A DNA stretch of 64,000 nucleotides, from positions 1-64,000 of the IMG/VR virus record IMGVR_UViG_3300001097_000002; one strand, given 5' to 3'. Every line of letters begins with the position of its first letter. Position 1 is the stretch's first letter. The stretch comes from a virus. Shown here in pieces: positions 33,552 through 44,377 of the stretch. The translations under genes and the position numbers were made by a program. The notes beneath the pieces are model-generated. The model saw only the letters and a list, made by a program, of their open reading frames with translations. It had not been told where the DNA came from and searched no databases.

Positions 33552-34530
33552 GTGTACCTCTATTAAATTATATTGTGTATCGTATTTACTGTACATGATA
33601 ATCATAAATCCCATTGGATAAAACATTTGACATATAAACAGCAACATTGAACTTCAACTCGCTCATTGTAACGTTAAACATAAAAACCCCAATAATATAA
33701 TTAGTAAACTACCTATCTCCCAACCTACGTACTAATTATAGCAATATTGGAGCCACCAGTCAAGAAAAACCGTATCCACCATCAATGCGTTCGATGGCTT
33801 CATCATAATTGTCAAAAACGTAATAGTCCCAATTTTCAAATTCATCATCTACGATAATATTCTTAAGACGATTAACATTCATATCCTGACCTTTATAATC
33901 ATTACTTATTTTGTCACGCTCGACTATATAAGAACCTTCAATGGCTCCATGACCATATCTAACTTCTTTACGTAAACGCACTAACCAAACATCATTTACG
34001 TCCGGTGTAATAAACACACTGACATAGCCATTATTCTCGTACTCGCTATTATTAGTGAATGCGTATGTTGTAACGTTTGTTGTTTTTGCGAATTCAAATT
34101 TCATAATAAACTCCAATAATTTAAATTAATTTATCGTACTTGATAATTATATCAATTTACCACTACAAAGTCAACAACTAAAACAAAAAAAGTGGACACA
34201 CGTTACATGCATCCACTTCGTTAATAAGCTATTTACTATTAAGAGTTAAGTGTTTTACATCTGTTCCAATCTGTTCTTCTGTTAAGCTCTCTGTTTGTTG
34301 GTGGTAATGCTTCTTTGTATATATCAAATTGAATGTCGCCTCCATACTTTAGCACGCGCTCATAAAAGGCTTTGTTGATTCTAATTGGATAAAAACTCCA
34401 GTCGTTATCCATGCCATCAAAAGCATATGAACCGTTATTAATAGCGTCATTATATGTGGACATATGAGATGTACCAACACCTAAAATAATGTTTTGTTTT
34501 TTATCTAAAATGCAATAATGTAATGCCATA

Positions 34531-35073
34531 TTATGCTGCCTTGATAAATTCATTTAAGTTATAGAGTCTGTGGTCGCAATCAATACCAACATTAAAACGA
34601 TTCTCCATCATGTTTGGGCCATAGTTATGAGTATGCCCATGCAAGTGTATTGCTCCGTGGTGCTTGCAATCCCATGTCTCAATAGGATAATGGAATAATA
34701 CTAATTTGACTTTGTTTACTCTAAACGAATCATAATGTCCAATAACCTCATGTGGTGTCCCTTTGCATATACTACGAAGTTGTTCCATCTTGTCATGATT
34801 ACCAATGATGAATTTCCACTTACCGTTTAGCTGCGAGACAATTTCTTCAACATCCGCATATTTAGTTTTCTTGCCACATGTTAAATCGCCTAGATGCCAA
34901 ACAGTATCATTTTGCTTAACTGGTTTGTTTACAATATTATTAATCCAATCGTTATGGTCGGCAATCTTACATGGCCTGTTACAGTGTTCAATAATATTAT
35001 CATGATTATAGTGTAAGTCGCTTGTAACATAAATATTATTCATAACCATTATCCTCTTCATCGCTTTTACCAT
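34531..35073 (-). CDS. Calcineurin-like metallophosphoesterase
   Basis: SDLHYNH, HLGD, GNHD, HYP and HGHTH motifs. Confidence 0.9.
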   Translation of the reverse strand: MVKAMKRIMVMNNIYVTSDLHYNHDNIIEHCNRPCKIADHNDWINNIVNKPVKQNDTVWHLGDLTCGKKTKYADVEEIVSQLNGKWKFIIGNHDKMEQLRSICKGTPHEVIGHYDSFRVNKVKLVLFHYPIETWDCKHHGAIHLHGHTHNYGPNMMENRFNVGIDCDHRLYNLNEFIKAA

Positions 35074-36447
35074 AAGTGGCAGTTCTTAACAACGTGCATC
35101 TATAGCATCCACCCATGCCATCATAATCATCTAATCCATATGCGGCATTGTGTAGGTTGGTATCACTACAACTTGTTCGGTCATGTTGTGGCGCAATCAT
35201 GTTAACGTAGTTTATTCTTAATTCTTCTTCATCATTGCGTTCTACTGATAAGTTGTCAACCAACGGAAATTTAACTATCAATTTATCACGTAGTTCAATC
35301 ATTTGCGCATCACTACATTGTACACTCATACCATATGATGGACCCCAATTTAACGACACGCTGTTGAAGTTGTCAGTATACATAATAGAGATATTATTCT
35401 TATTAGCACTTTTGATAATATCATATGCATATACATGTGACATTGTTTCCATAATATCAGTCTTCACATTATTAATAAATATGTAATAATCGTCTACGCT
35501 TAATGAATCCGTTTGGTGTCTATTTCTAAGTTTCCATTCATCGTTTGCGCTTACAAGTGCTTGCGCATACGTCATAATGCGGTCATCAGTTTCTAGTTCT
35601 TCTGTAGTAAATCCACATGTTAATGCTAGTTTAGTTAGACTGTCTGTTACAACTACTGGTTTCATTAGACCACCTCAATAAATACTTCAACATCAATAGT
35701 ATAAACGCATTTTATAGTGACTTGTGTTGGATACGTTGTAGGTAACGGTGTTTCAATGTTAAACATAATTTCCTGTATATCTACTTCACCGTTTGATAAG
35801 TGATAATATAACCCCATACTGCCTAATTGCCTATAAACAAGATTGATTAATTCTTCTATACTATTAACGGTTAGGATTGTGCTATTAGTTTCACTCATAA
35901 TGATGCTCCTTTTAATGCATACTTATTTTCACATAATGTAAACAAGAACTCTGTAACATCATCAAACTCGTCTTGCAATACTGCTAGTTTTATCTCCTCG
36001 TCATATAATAAATGATACAACATGCATAAAGGTAAATGCGAAGCGAATAAATGCTCAGAACTACGAATTACAGACTTATATTCAGGTAAGAATTCAAGCT
36101 CATATACTTCTAGTAACTGACTAACATTAATACAGTCTTTAGCAATTTCATTTATACCCTTGTTAATGATACGCGCTTTCATATCAGGCGACTGGTTATA
36201 ATCTAAAACAAAGTTTTGACCTGTGAATAAAGTGTTCATAATATGCCTCATGATTTAAATGAAAAATTAGTGTACAGGTTCATTATACACTAATTGTTAG
36301 ACTTGTAAAGTATTATTTCATAATACGTTTTAGTTATTTGTCCATACTTCGATTGAAGTGCATGTAATATAACACAATAAATACACATATCAACTATTAT
36401 TTTTGTTTAAGTACAAGTAATCCAAACTATAACTATAAAGTGATATT

Positions 36448-36924
36448 ATGCAAACAGAACACATAACCGCGGAAAATTATCAATATAAGTTACCATTTGA
36501 CAATAAAGAAGGCAAAGACGTTTTTCGGTACATACCGCATGCACCAGAGATTGAGGATGTTGACGAGGATTTTAAAGAAAAGAACTGCTATAAGAACGAT
36601 ACTTTTATTAGGGGTGCGTATGTCAGTTACCCATACACTAAAGAACATCTTGATGAAATGAAACGTTGCAAAGACGATTCTTTTTACTTTATCCAAAATT
36701 ACGTAAGAATTAACACGCTTGATTATGGTGTACGGTTATTTGACCCTTTCCAGTATCAGAAAAATATGATTAAGATGATGGACGAAAATCGTTTTACAAT
36801 ATTTACAACTTCACGCCAAGCGGGTAAATGCGTGCACGGTACTACTGAAATAACAGTGCGTAATAAAACCACTGGCTTGATAGAAACAGTTGAGATAGAA
36901 GATTTCTTTTCGCGTTTTGAGTAA
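36448..36924 (+). CDS. gp17: Terminase large subunit N-terminal fragment fused to split-intein N-half
   Basis: EMKRCKDD..YFIQNYV…FQYQ…SRQAGK (TerL Walker A), then CVHGTTEITVR…IEDFF (intein block A) and a stop. Confidence 0.88.
   Translation: MQTEHITAENYQYKLPFDNKEGKDVFRYIPHAPEIEDVDEDFKEKNCYKNDTFIRGAYVSYPYTKEHLDEMKRCKDDSFYFIQNYVRINTLDYGVRLFDPFQYQKNMIKMMDENRFTIFTTSRQAGKCVHGTTEITVRNKTTGLIETVEIEDFFSRFE
36829..36921 (+). mobile_element. Atypically short split-intein N fragment (31 aa)
   Basis: Cys1 directly after the Walker A Lys; CVHGTT.I.V…VEIEDFF pattern; no intein C-terminus follows. Confidence 0.8.
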
Positions 36925-36973
36925 CCACAAAAAAGGAGTGTAAACACACTCCCAAATAACGTAGCGTTAACTA

Positions 36974-37207
36974 CTAGGCAACCTCACCATACAGTGATAC
37001 AACCAAATCTTTTAATGCTTTAAGTCGGTAATCATATGCTGGATAATATCCCAATTTAACTTTTCCATACGTTGAACGCGCCATACCAACTTCATCTGCA
37101 ATTTCATCACCGATGAAATCTTTATTAATTATGTGGTGTAAAGCAACAAAGCGTTTATTGTTAGTGCTTGCTGAATGTTGGTCACGAACGTTACAGGTTG
37201 GTTTCAT
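36974..37207 (-). CDS. Small HTH protein, paralog of 38182..38544
   Basis: NKRFVALH…IADEVGMARSTYGKVKLGYY. Confidence 0.6.
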   Translation of the reverse strand: MKPTCNVRDQHSASTNNKRFVALHHIINKDFIGDEIADEVGMARSTYGKVKLGYYPAYDYRLKALKDLVVSLYGEVA

Positions 37208-37305
37208 ATAAATATTCCAATTATTAAAAGTTGTTGTGTTAACTAAATCCTACAAAACTAATTATACACGATTATTTAGGGTTGTCAATTACAAAGGTGG
37301 ATTAA

Positions 37306-37872
37306 ATGTTTTTAAAGTATAGCGTAATGCTCAATATTATTTTAGTTATGTTATCAGTGACTTTATTTTACAAGTACGACAAAACAGTAAAAGAAGTAGA
37401 ACTGGTTAAACTTAATTGCGAATTATCAATAACCGAATCTAACAATGATATTATTAAGGATAACATAATAGAACTTACACGTATTAAAGCATTACAAGAT
37501 AAACAACATCAAAAATTCTTAGAGGTCAACGATGAACTTATTAACACGCAACAAAAATTCAATGCTGACATTAGCGCTGTTAACGCTACTAATGAGCGGT
37601 TGCTCATTGATGCACAAGAAGCAAGAAGTAAAGCCTTTACCACAGATATCAAATCTGACAACCGTTCAGAAGCCTTACGTGAATATGCAACTATTAGAGA
37701 AGGATTACATGATGAATGTAAATATTCACTTATTGAGGTCTCAGAAGATGCTACAAGACTTCAGCAAAAAGTATTAGAATTTGATAAAAAATGGGATATC
37801 CAAAGTGATACTATACTAGGATTATCAGCCAATAAAAAAGCCGACACTAGTGACTTAGTACCGGCTCAGTAG
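37306..37872 (+). CDS. Inner-membrane spanin (Rz-like)
   Basis: N-terminal TM helix followed by a long coiled coil, with a lipoprotein gene nested in the +1 frame. Confidence 0.8.
   Translation: MFLKYSVMLNIILVMLSVTLFYKYDKTVKEVELVKLNCELSITESNNDIIKDNIIELTRIKALQDKQHQKFLEVNDELINTQQKFNADISAVNATNERLLIDAQEARSKAFTTDIKSDNRSEALREYATIREGLHDECKYSLIEVSEDATRLQQKVLEFDKKWDIQSDTILGLSANKKADTSDLVPAQ
37562..37777 (+). CDS. Outer-membrane spanin lipoprotein (Rz1-like), fully embedded
   Basis: MLTLALLTLLMSG-C lipobox (start may be 37532), nested within the i-spanin gene. Confidence 0.78.
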   Translation: MLTLALLTLLMSGCSLMHKKQEVKPLPQISNLTTVQKPYVNMQLLEKDYMMNVNIHLLRSQKMLQDFSKKY

Positions 37873-38181
37873 CAATTAAAACATTTTCTATGCTGCTAAC
37901 TCTTTAAGTTTTACCACACGTAGCGAAGTACCTCTGTGGTTTTTAAGGACTTTCAAAGCCATTGACGAATCAAGTTCAGTAACTGTCTTTTTAAGACGTG
38001 TAAGTTTTTTCTTGTTAGAAATAACCCACGCTTTAGAATTAACTTGGGTAATACCATCATAACTATAAATGCGGTTACACGACATACGATTAAGGTCTAA
38101 TGCGGCACGTATAACTGTGGTAGTGTCGTGTGTTTGGCGATTACTCATAATGTTTCCTTTGATAATTGATTTAAGATTGTA

Positions 38182-38544
38182 TTACTTAACGTTGATTGTA
38201 ATATCACCAACAAAGTTCAATGGGATATTAACAACAACTGACTTCTTCTTAGCGGCTGATTTCTTAACAGTAGTAGACTCTCCTAATACCGATTTACCAT
38301 GCATTTTAACTTCTTTGATATCTAAAATAGATGGACGAACTTCACTTTTAACTAACCGACTCATTGATTGCAAAATATCAGCATCAGCATAGAAGTATCC
38401 CAACTTGATTTTTGAAAATGATGAAGTTGGGATACTAAGTTTATTTGCAATAACACCATCACGATATTTCGATGATAATGTTTCGTGTAGTTTAACGAAT
38501 TTTTTGTTACATCTGGTGTGGTTGTACTGACCGCGAAATGCCAT
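38182..38544 (-). CDS. HTH protein, paralog of 36974..37207
   Basis: NKKFVKLH…IANKLSIPTSSFSKIKLGYF. Confidence 0.6.
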   Translation of the reverse strand: MAFRGQYNHTRCNKKFVKLHETLSSKYRDGVIANKLSIPTSSFSKIKLGYFYADADILQSMSRLVKSEVRPSILDIKEVKMHGKSVLGESTTVKKSAAKKKSVVVNIPLNFVGDITINVK

Positions 38545-38617
38545 AAAATATCCTGTTTGATATAAATTGTTACTTGATTGTGTTGTTAAGTATAAACACT
38601 TTTAATATTAATGCAAG

Positions 38618-38893
38618 CTATTTTTTAACATTACGTTTATTACGCTTTCTGATAAGCGCCATTTGAATTTTATCAACAACCATCATAACAAGTTTAAAAA
38701 CGAATACTAATAATACGCAGGCGATAAGAATTACAAACAATAATAAGAACGGTCCCCAAATTGGTGAAAGCACCATTAACCAACTCATGTCACTAAAATT
38801 AAAAACTTTGGCTGCTGCAAATATCGCTGTCAACATAACAAAGATACTCGTGCCACCAACATATACTGGTGATGTTGAACTTTCTTTACGCAT
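38618..38893 (-). CDS. Membrane protein
   Basis: LTAIF…SWLMVLSPIW and two TM helices. Confidence 0.7.
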   Translation of the reverse strand: MRKESSTSPVYVGGTSIFVMLTAIFAAAKVFNFSDMSWLMVLSPIWGPFLLLFVILIACVLLVFVFKLVMMVVDKIQMALIRKRNKRNVKK

Positions 38894-38952
38894 GATACTC
38901 CTTAACTGATTAATTAATAATAACTAAATAACTATACACGTATAACTATGAG

Positions 38953-39429
38953 ATGTCAATAACTATTATGGCTGGATATCCTAAACCAAAAAGGTTCAAA
39001 CCCGAAAACCCGAAAAAATATGTTGGTAAAGTAAATGACATTATCAGTCGTAGCAGTTGGGAAACAAAAATGTTCCATTGGTGTGACAACAACCCTAGCG
39101 TGGTACGTTGGAACAGCGAGGATGTTATTATACCATACTTTAGCAATGCTGACGGTAAAATGCGCAAATACCATATTGATGTTTACGCTGCTATTAAAAT
39201 GAAAGACGGCAGCGTAAAACAATACATTATAGAAATAAAACCTTACGAGCAAACGATTAAACCAAAAATGCGCGGACGTAAGAAAAAAGAAACATATCTA
39301 AAAGAATGCTATACATTCCAAGTTAATACTGACAAGTGGCAACATGCAACGGCATGGGCTAAGCAAAACGATATGGAATTTATCATAATGGATGAATATT
39401 CACTTGGTCTAAAAAAGAGAAAACCATAA
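38953..39429 (+). CDS. gp4: Head completion nuclease
   Basis: FKPENPKKYVG…RSSWE…WCD.NP…WNSE…IEIKP…N..KW; ACTAAATA upstream. Confidence 0.93.
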   Translation: MSITIMAGYPKPKRFKPENPKKYVGKVNDIISRSSWETKMFHWCDNNPSVVRWNSEDVIIPYFSNADGKMRKYHIDVYAAIKMKDGSVKQYIIEIKPYEQTIKPKMRGRKKKETYLKECYTFQVNTDKWQHATAWAKQNDMEFIIMDEYSLGLKKRKP

Positions 39430-40570
39430 TGCTAAGTGACAAATTAAAAATACATAACCTTTGCTAATGCATCCATCGAATATCTGTCTAATCTCATAGT
39501 GTTTTTCTCGGTTGAGTAAACCGTTTCTTTAACAATAATTTTTTGGTGTATATTTCTCTGTATATATGTAAACACTTTATCGTTAGATTCTAGTATAAAT
39601 ACGTCCTTAATTGGCTTGCCATGTTTATCTAAGCAAATCATGCCAATACGGTCCGCATTCATATTAGAACGCTCAAAATCAAAATTCTCATTAACGTGTG
39701 ACATAGTTAACTCCAGTCATCATAACAATACTTGCATAGGTTGTCAAGTAACTATCTTCTTTTATTCCATTGTAGTTCACTCCATTCAGTAGTGCTATCA
39801 TGATGACCTAGTTTATCTGTCGATACCAACCCATTTTTGATAGTAATGCGAATATGTCGACCATCATCAGCAAATAGTAAATCACTTTCATCAACTTGTA
39901 TAAGGTCAGTAATATATCCCACTGCTATACTTTTATTAACACCACCGTTTCCGTAGTGCTTACTATAAGGGGCGTATATGCCGTCATCAAAATAAAATAC
40001 TGGATACAGTGAATGTGTTACATTAGGTCCAAGATGAACACGCTCTAGCTTGATATATTTTAGCATGTTGTTGGTACTATGTACATTAATAAAAAAATCA
40101 TCTACTATTCTACGCCTACGAAAAATAGTATTAAAATAAAAACGTGCAATGTTCATTGCTGCAATGAAATTCAGTGCAGCAAATACAGCACCAACAACGC
40201 AAGCAAAAAGAAATCCTACAGATAAACAAAATATTATAAAATCCATGACCATAATTCTTAACCCTCATAATCTATTTGGTTGTTTTAAGTGTAAACGTAA
40301 CAGTATCTTCTTGTTGATTGCACGCGCTAATTCACAGCGTTTAATTATACCATAATATAATAGTCAATTAATATTGTTTATATTAACACTCTTCTCACAT
40401 ATTGTACATATAAAAAAAGCCTAACACATTACGCATCAGGCTTTTTTGTTACGATAGTATTTATTTCTGACTTATTAGTTTAATCAGTTTACGCCACACG
40501 TACATAGTTGTGTTTGGCAAGTGTAGTATTACTAAAATAATAACAATTGTTGCTATAATTATATAAGTAT

Positions 40571-41680
40571 TCACTCGTCATTACCTAAAAAATCATCGCC
40601 ACCATCCCAATCATCGCCACCACCTAACATAGTTTCATTAGTATCAACTTCGTCGTGAATTAGTTTACCACTGCTAATTTGATACATAGTTTCCACGTCT
40701 GAATGGAATTTCTCTTCTGCAAACAAAGGACCCCAGAATTTAGAACTATTGGTATCTTTGGCGCGCCACTTCTGGTCTTCTTGTACACCTTCAATAACTC
40801 GACTATACCAACCATTTGATGGTTTTTTAATATAACCTACATTCATGCCCACTTCTAGCATACCAGTATACTTATTCATACCACCGTCAAAACGCATTTC
40901 GATTGGAAACTTAGATTTCTCTTTACAGTAACGACTTTTCTCAACGTTCATAATCAAGTTAAATCCAGTAATTTCTTTACCTTCTTTTTCTTGTTGTCGT
41001 CCCATAATGAACACTTGGTCACTTGAATACATGATACCTGAACCACCAGAAACAACAGCTTTTGAAAACAGTTCCATTGTTTGATATACATGCGCTACCC
41101 CAACCATAACAATTTTCATGATACGCAAGTAAGGTGTGACAATACGTGTTAATGATTTTAGTTCTTTAGCACGTGTCATATCAGCTTTGGCTTTACCTTC
41201 TAGTGCATCCTCTGCTTCTTTCTTACTTGCTAAGTTACCTAAGCTGTCAATATAGATAAACACTTTCGCACCTGGATATTCTTTCTTAATCATATCAAGT
41301 TGTTTAACAAGGTCAAACTTCAAGTTTTCAATGTTAAGAAGTGGCATATGCAAGATACGTGAAGTATCAATATCCAAACTGTCAAAATATGATTTAGGTG
41401 TACCGAACTCACTGTCATAAAATAACATGATAGCATCAGGATACTTGGTCATATACGCTTTCGCGCACACGTTAGACAGTACACTCTTACCATGTTTACT
41501 AGGACCCGCAAACAATGTCAAACCAGGTTTTAGTCCACGTCTTAAACTACCAGAGAACGCTAAATTCATTAGCGGAATATCAAGTAGAACATCCTCTTCG
41601 TCAAAAAATACACTGTTATCCAAACCATCAGTGCCTTCAATAATACTGTTTTTCTTTAACGCTTTTAGCATACTACTCAT
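40571..41680 (-). CDS. uvsX: RecA-like recombinase
   Basis: AGPSKHGKS, FYDSEFG, DSLGNLASKKE, DMTRAK, VSGGSG. Confidence 0.96.
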   Translation of the reverse strand: MSSMLKALKKNSIIEGTDGLDNSVFFDEEDVLLDIPLMNLAFSGSLRRGLKPGLTLFAGPSKHGKSVLSNVCAKAYMTKYPDAIMLFYDSEFGTPKSYFDSLDIDTSRILHMPLLNIENLKFDLVKQLDMIKKEYPGAKVFIYIDSLGNLASKKEAEDALEGKAKADMTRAKELKSLTRIVTPYLRIMKIVMVGVAHVYQTMELFSKAVVSGGSGIMYSSDQVFIMGRQQEKEGKEITGFNLIMNVEKSRYCKEKSKFPIEMRFDGGMNKYTGMLEVGMNVGYIKKPSNGWYSRVIEGVQEDQKWRAKDTNSSKFWGPLFAEEKFHSDVETMYQISSGKLIHDEVDTNETMLGGGDDWDGGDDFLGNDE

Positions 41681-41689
41681 ATAATTCCC

Positions 41690-43181
41690 TTAAAAGAATG
41701 TTTTTCTGTTATGTGATTTCTTCTTGCCTACGCTTGTATCCTCAGTGGTTACATTAGCGCTTGCAACTAGACCATTATCAATATTTTCTCCATCACCAAA
41801 CTTAAATATTGAACCTGAATGACGAATGTTATAATTTAATAGTTTAGTAAATGATTCAAGCGGACGCATAAACGTCACTTCAAACATATTTTTTCTGTCT
41901 ATGTAATTGTCAAGATTAAACTCCTTTGGTAATTCATCAGGATAACCAATTACAGTTGAGTTAAGTGGATTTCCGTCTACTAGGTCAAGGTACTTAATTT
42001 TACTGCCGCTTTTGATTATGGGGTGGTTCTTAGTATGGATATCACTACTTCTAACAAAGTTGTTATATGTTATAGCAGCGCGTACATGTTTAGGACAACG
42101 CTTGATAGGTTGATTGTTTTCGTCACTCCATTTCTCAATCCCGTTAACACCTTTTGGATATGCAATTTTATTAGGATGTAGGTTTTTATAATCATTTCTA
42201 AATCCCTTAACATACTTGCGCAAACCGTCCTCGTCGCGTGTAACCATATATTTAATACATTCTGTTAGGCTGTTACGTATGACCGCAGGTGTAGAAGTCC
42301 TATTGGTTTCAATACCAAGCATTTTAAGTTTAGGCTCTGTATAACGTACGTGCTCCATATCATATACGTTTAATATATAGTTCTTTTTAGCTCGGAAAAT
42401 AGCACAATCACAAATTGCCTCGCGTTTCATTATCAATCTGTTTTCCATACCGTTTAAGTATTCTGATAACTCACCGTAAGATTTTTCTATAAATGGTTCA
42501 ATATTATCATGTACGTATTCGTCAATTATTGTTATTACTTCATTAGTATCAGTATTGACTGGTAAACTGTCAACCAATGGTGCAACTGTAAAATATAGAC
42601 TATCAGTGTCACCATAAATTGTATAGTCTATATTATTAGTTTTAAATTGTTCATTTAAAAAACCATTAAGCTTTTTCTCCATATATTTAATTGCCAATTG
42701 ACCTGTAGACGTAACAGCTTCTGCTATCTCACGTTTGAAATAACGAAAGCCTTCATTTCCAATCGCACCATAACCCAAGATATTAATTCTGAACCGATAA
42801 CTAACCTCAGAATAAAAGTATTTTACTACTTTTGCAACATGTCACCATGTTGATTAGACTATATCATGACCCATTCTCCAGGGCCCTCACCGTTTCCAAT
42901 ACTCTTGTATTGTACTCTACTAACTGCGATTAAGCGCTTTCGATAGTCGTTGCACGCATCCCGTAGGACTTTGTACATGATTGTCTTATTGTGGCTCAAT
43001 AAGAGTTCCCATGTTTAGATGAGTTATTCACTTACACATTACCATGTAAGGCAGCAGTCTTGTTTTACTTGCTTTTACTGTTTGCAAGAATCTTGTAGGC
43101 GTATTGTAGTGCGTCTTCTCTGCTAACATCGTTCTCTAATTCAGCTATGCGTTTATTAATAGACGCAATATCTTTATACAT
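41690..43181 (-). CDS. gp43: DNA polymerase B, C-terminal subunit (motifs B, C, thumb); exons 43181-43077 and 42775-41690
   Basis: Exon 1 MYKDIASINKRIAELE…QYAYKILANS plus exon 2 GYGAIGNEGFRY…YGDTDS…KKNY rebuilds motif B as KILANSGYG. Confidence 0.9.
42776..43076 (-). ncRNA. Group I self-splicing intron (ORF-less, 301 nt) in polymerase motif B
   Basis: 5' exon ends in U and the intron ends in G. Core elements present: AACATGGGAA (P), CAATCATG (Q), GCAACGACTA (R), GATATAGTCT (S). IGS ACTGCTG pairs with both exons. Confidence 0.9.
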
Positions 43182-43290
43182 ACTTTAAATATTCCTTATC
43201 TTTTGATACGATTGGATTATCGTAATTAAATATGTAACGTTTATCAGTATATTGTTGATACATAATAAACTTAATATCACTTAATTCCAT
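43174..43290 (-). CDS. 38-aa ORF wedged between polymerase subunit genes
   Basis: MELSDIKFIMYQQYTDKRYIFNYDNPIVSKDKEYLKYV; overlaps the upstream stop and the downstream start. Confidence 0.4.
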   Translation of the reverse strand: MELSDIKFIMYQQYTDKRYIFNYDNPIVSKDKEYLKYV

Positions 43291-43999
43291 CTTTAATCAT
43301 ATCCTCTCTGAGAGCATATAACTTTTGTAACTCTCTTTCGCTGTCTTTCATACCACTCTTAATAACACTACGAGTATCAAACAAGTTTTCCATAGTGGCT
43401 GCAATAACACCAATTTTGTCTTTTGAATACAATGTACCATTAGCAGCAAGGCAATAATCTTTTTCGTGTGCTATTTTGGTACTATATTTCATATCTATCA
43501 TACTGTTTAATATATCGTCTACGTGCTCCTTTGATTTCATCACAAGAGTTTCAGCGCTCATGTTTAGCATCATTATGATAGATGGATACAAGCTTTTTAA
43601 ATCGCCACTAACAACCCAGTCAGTGCGTCCTAATACAGGTTCTTTAACGTGACCACCCATATAACTTTCACCGCCCTCAGCGTATACTTTAGGAGGTATG
43701 ACAATGCTATCTCTATCAAGTCTAGCGTAAATCATATTGTCCCATGGTTGCACGGTTGCAAAAATATCACTTGGGTTACTACGGCTTACGTGTGCAAATG
43801 ATAACGCCACCTGAATAAAGTTTAGCTTGTTATCAAGTTTAGATATTAATACAGTATCAGTCTCGTTATAGTCAATAAATGTGTTGAAGCTGTCCTGTTT
43901 AACTTTTTGGTTAACATCATCATATAATTTCTTAAGCTGTTCAAAACTCAACTTGTCAAGATGGTTCTCGACAAGCATTTCATACTTTTTTAAATTCAT
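43277..43999 (-). CDS. gp43: DNA polymerase B, middle subunit (ExoIII, motif A, first fingers helix)
   Basis: FIDYNETD (ExoIII), YMGGHVKEP, DLKSLYPSII (motif A), AANG..Y.K…G.I. Confidence 0.92.
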   Translation of the reverse strand: MNLKKYEMLVENHLDKLSFEQLKKLYDDVNQKVKQDSFNTFIDYNETDTVLISKLDNKLNFIQVALSFAHVSRSNPSDIFATVQPWDNMIYARLDRDSIVIPPKVYAEGGESYMGGHVKEPVLGRTDWVVSGDLKSLYPSIIMMLNMSAETLVMKSKEHVDDILNSMIDMKYSTKIAHEKDYCLAANGTLYSKDKIGVIAATMENLFDTRSVIKSGMKDSERELQKLYALREDMIKDGIK

Positions 44000-44377
44000 A
44001 TATCACCAATGTTAGATGTTAAAAAAGGGCACCTAATTATTATAGGCGCCCATTAGTATAACATAAAATTTTATAATAGCAAGATATAATTAGATTTGCA
44101 ATTTCAATTTATTAGCAGCACAATACGCACGCATAGCTTCATCAAGCAAAAGTTTATTATAACCAATCTCTATTGAATACATGTCATTTACTAGCACCAG
44201 CGGCACTAAATTACCTTTCATATCAACATTAACCTTTGCGATAGGTTTTATATTAGTATCAAAAGTTGTCTTAGTTATATATTTCATATCATGGTTTTTA
44301 TCAAAATGATATAGAATGATAAAATCATCTGCGTTTGGTTTGTAGCTCATATAATACTCCAAATAATAAATTAGTTT

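Noticed and set aside
42776-42778. TTG start of ORF 41690..42778
   Set aside because: These are the last three intron bases; starting here would omit the catalytic K and N of motif B, which are in the upstream exon.
43181-43279. Gene-60-style translational bypass or readthrough joining polymerase parts 2 and 3
   Set aside because: There is an in-frame TAA two codons before the part-3 ATG, no matching landing codon, and part 3 has its own AAGGA RBS.
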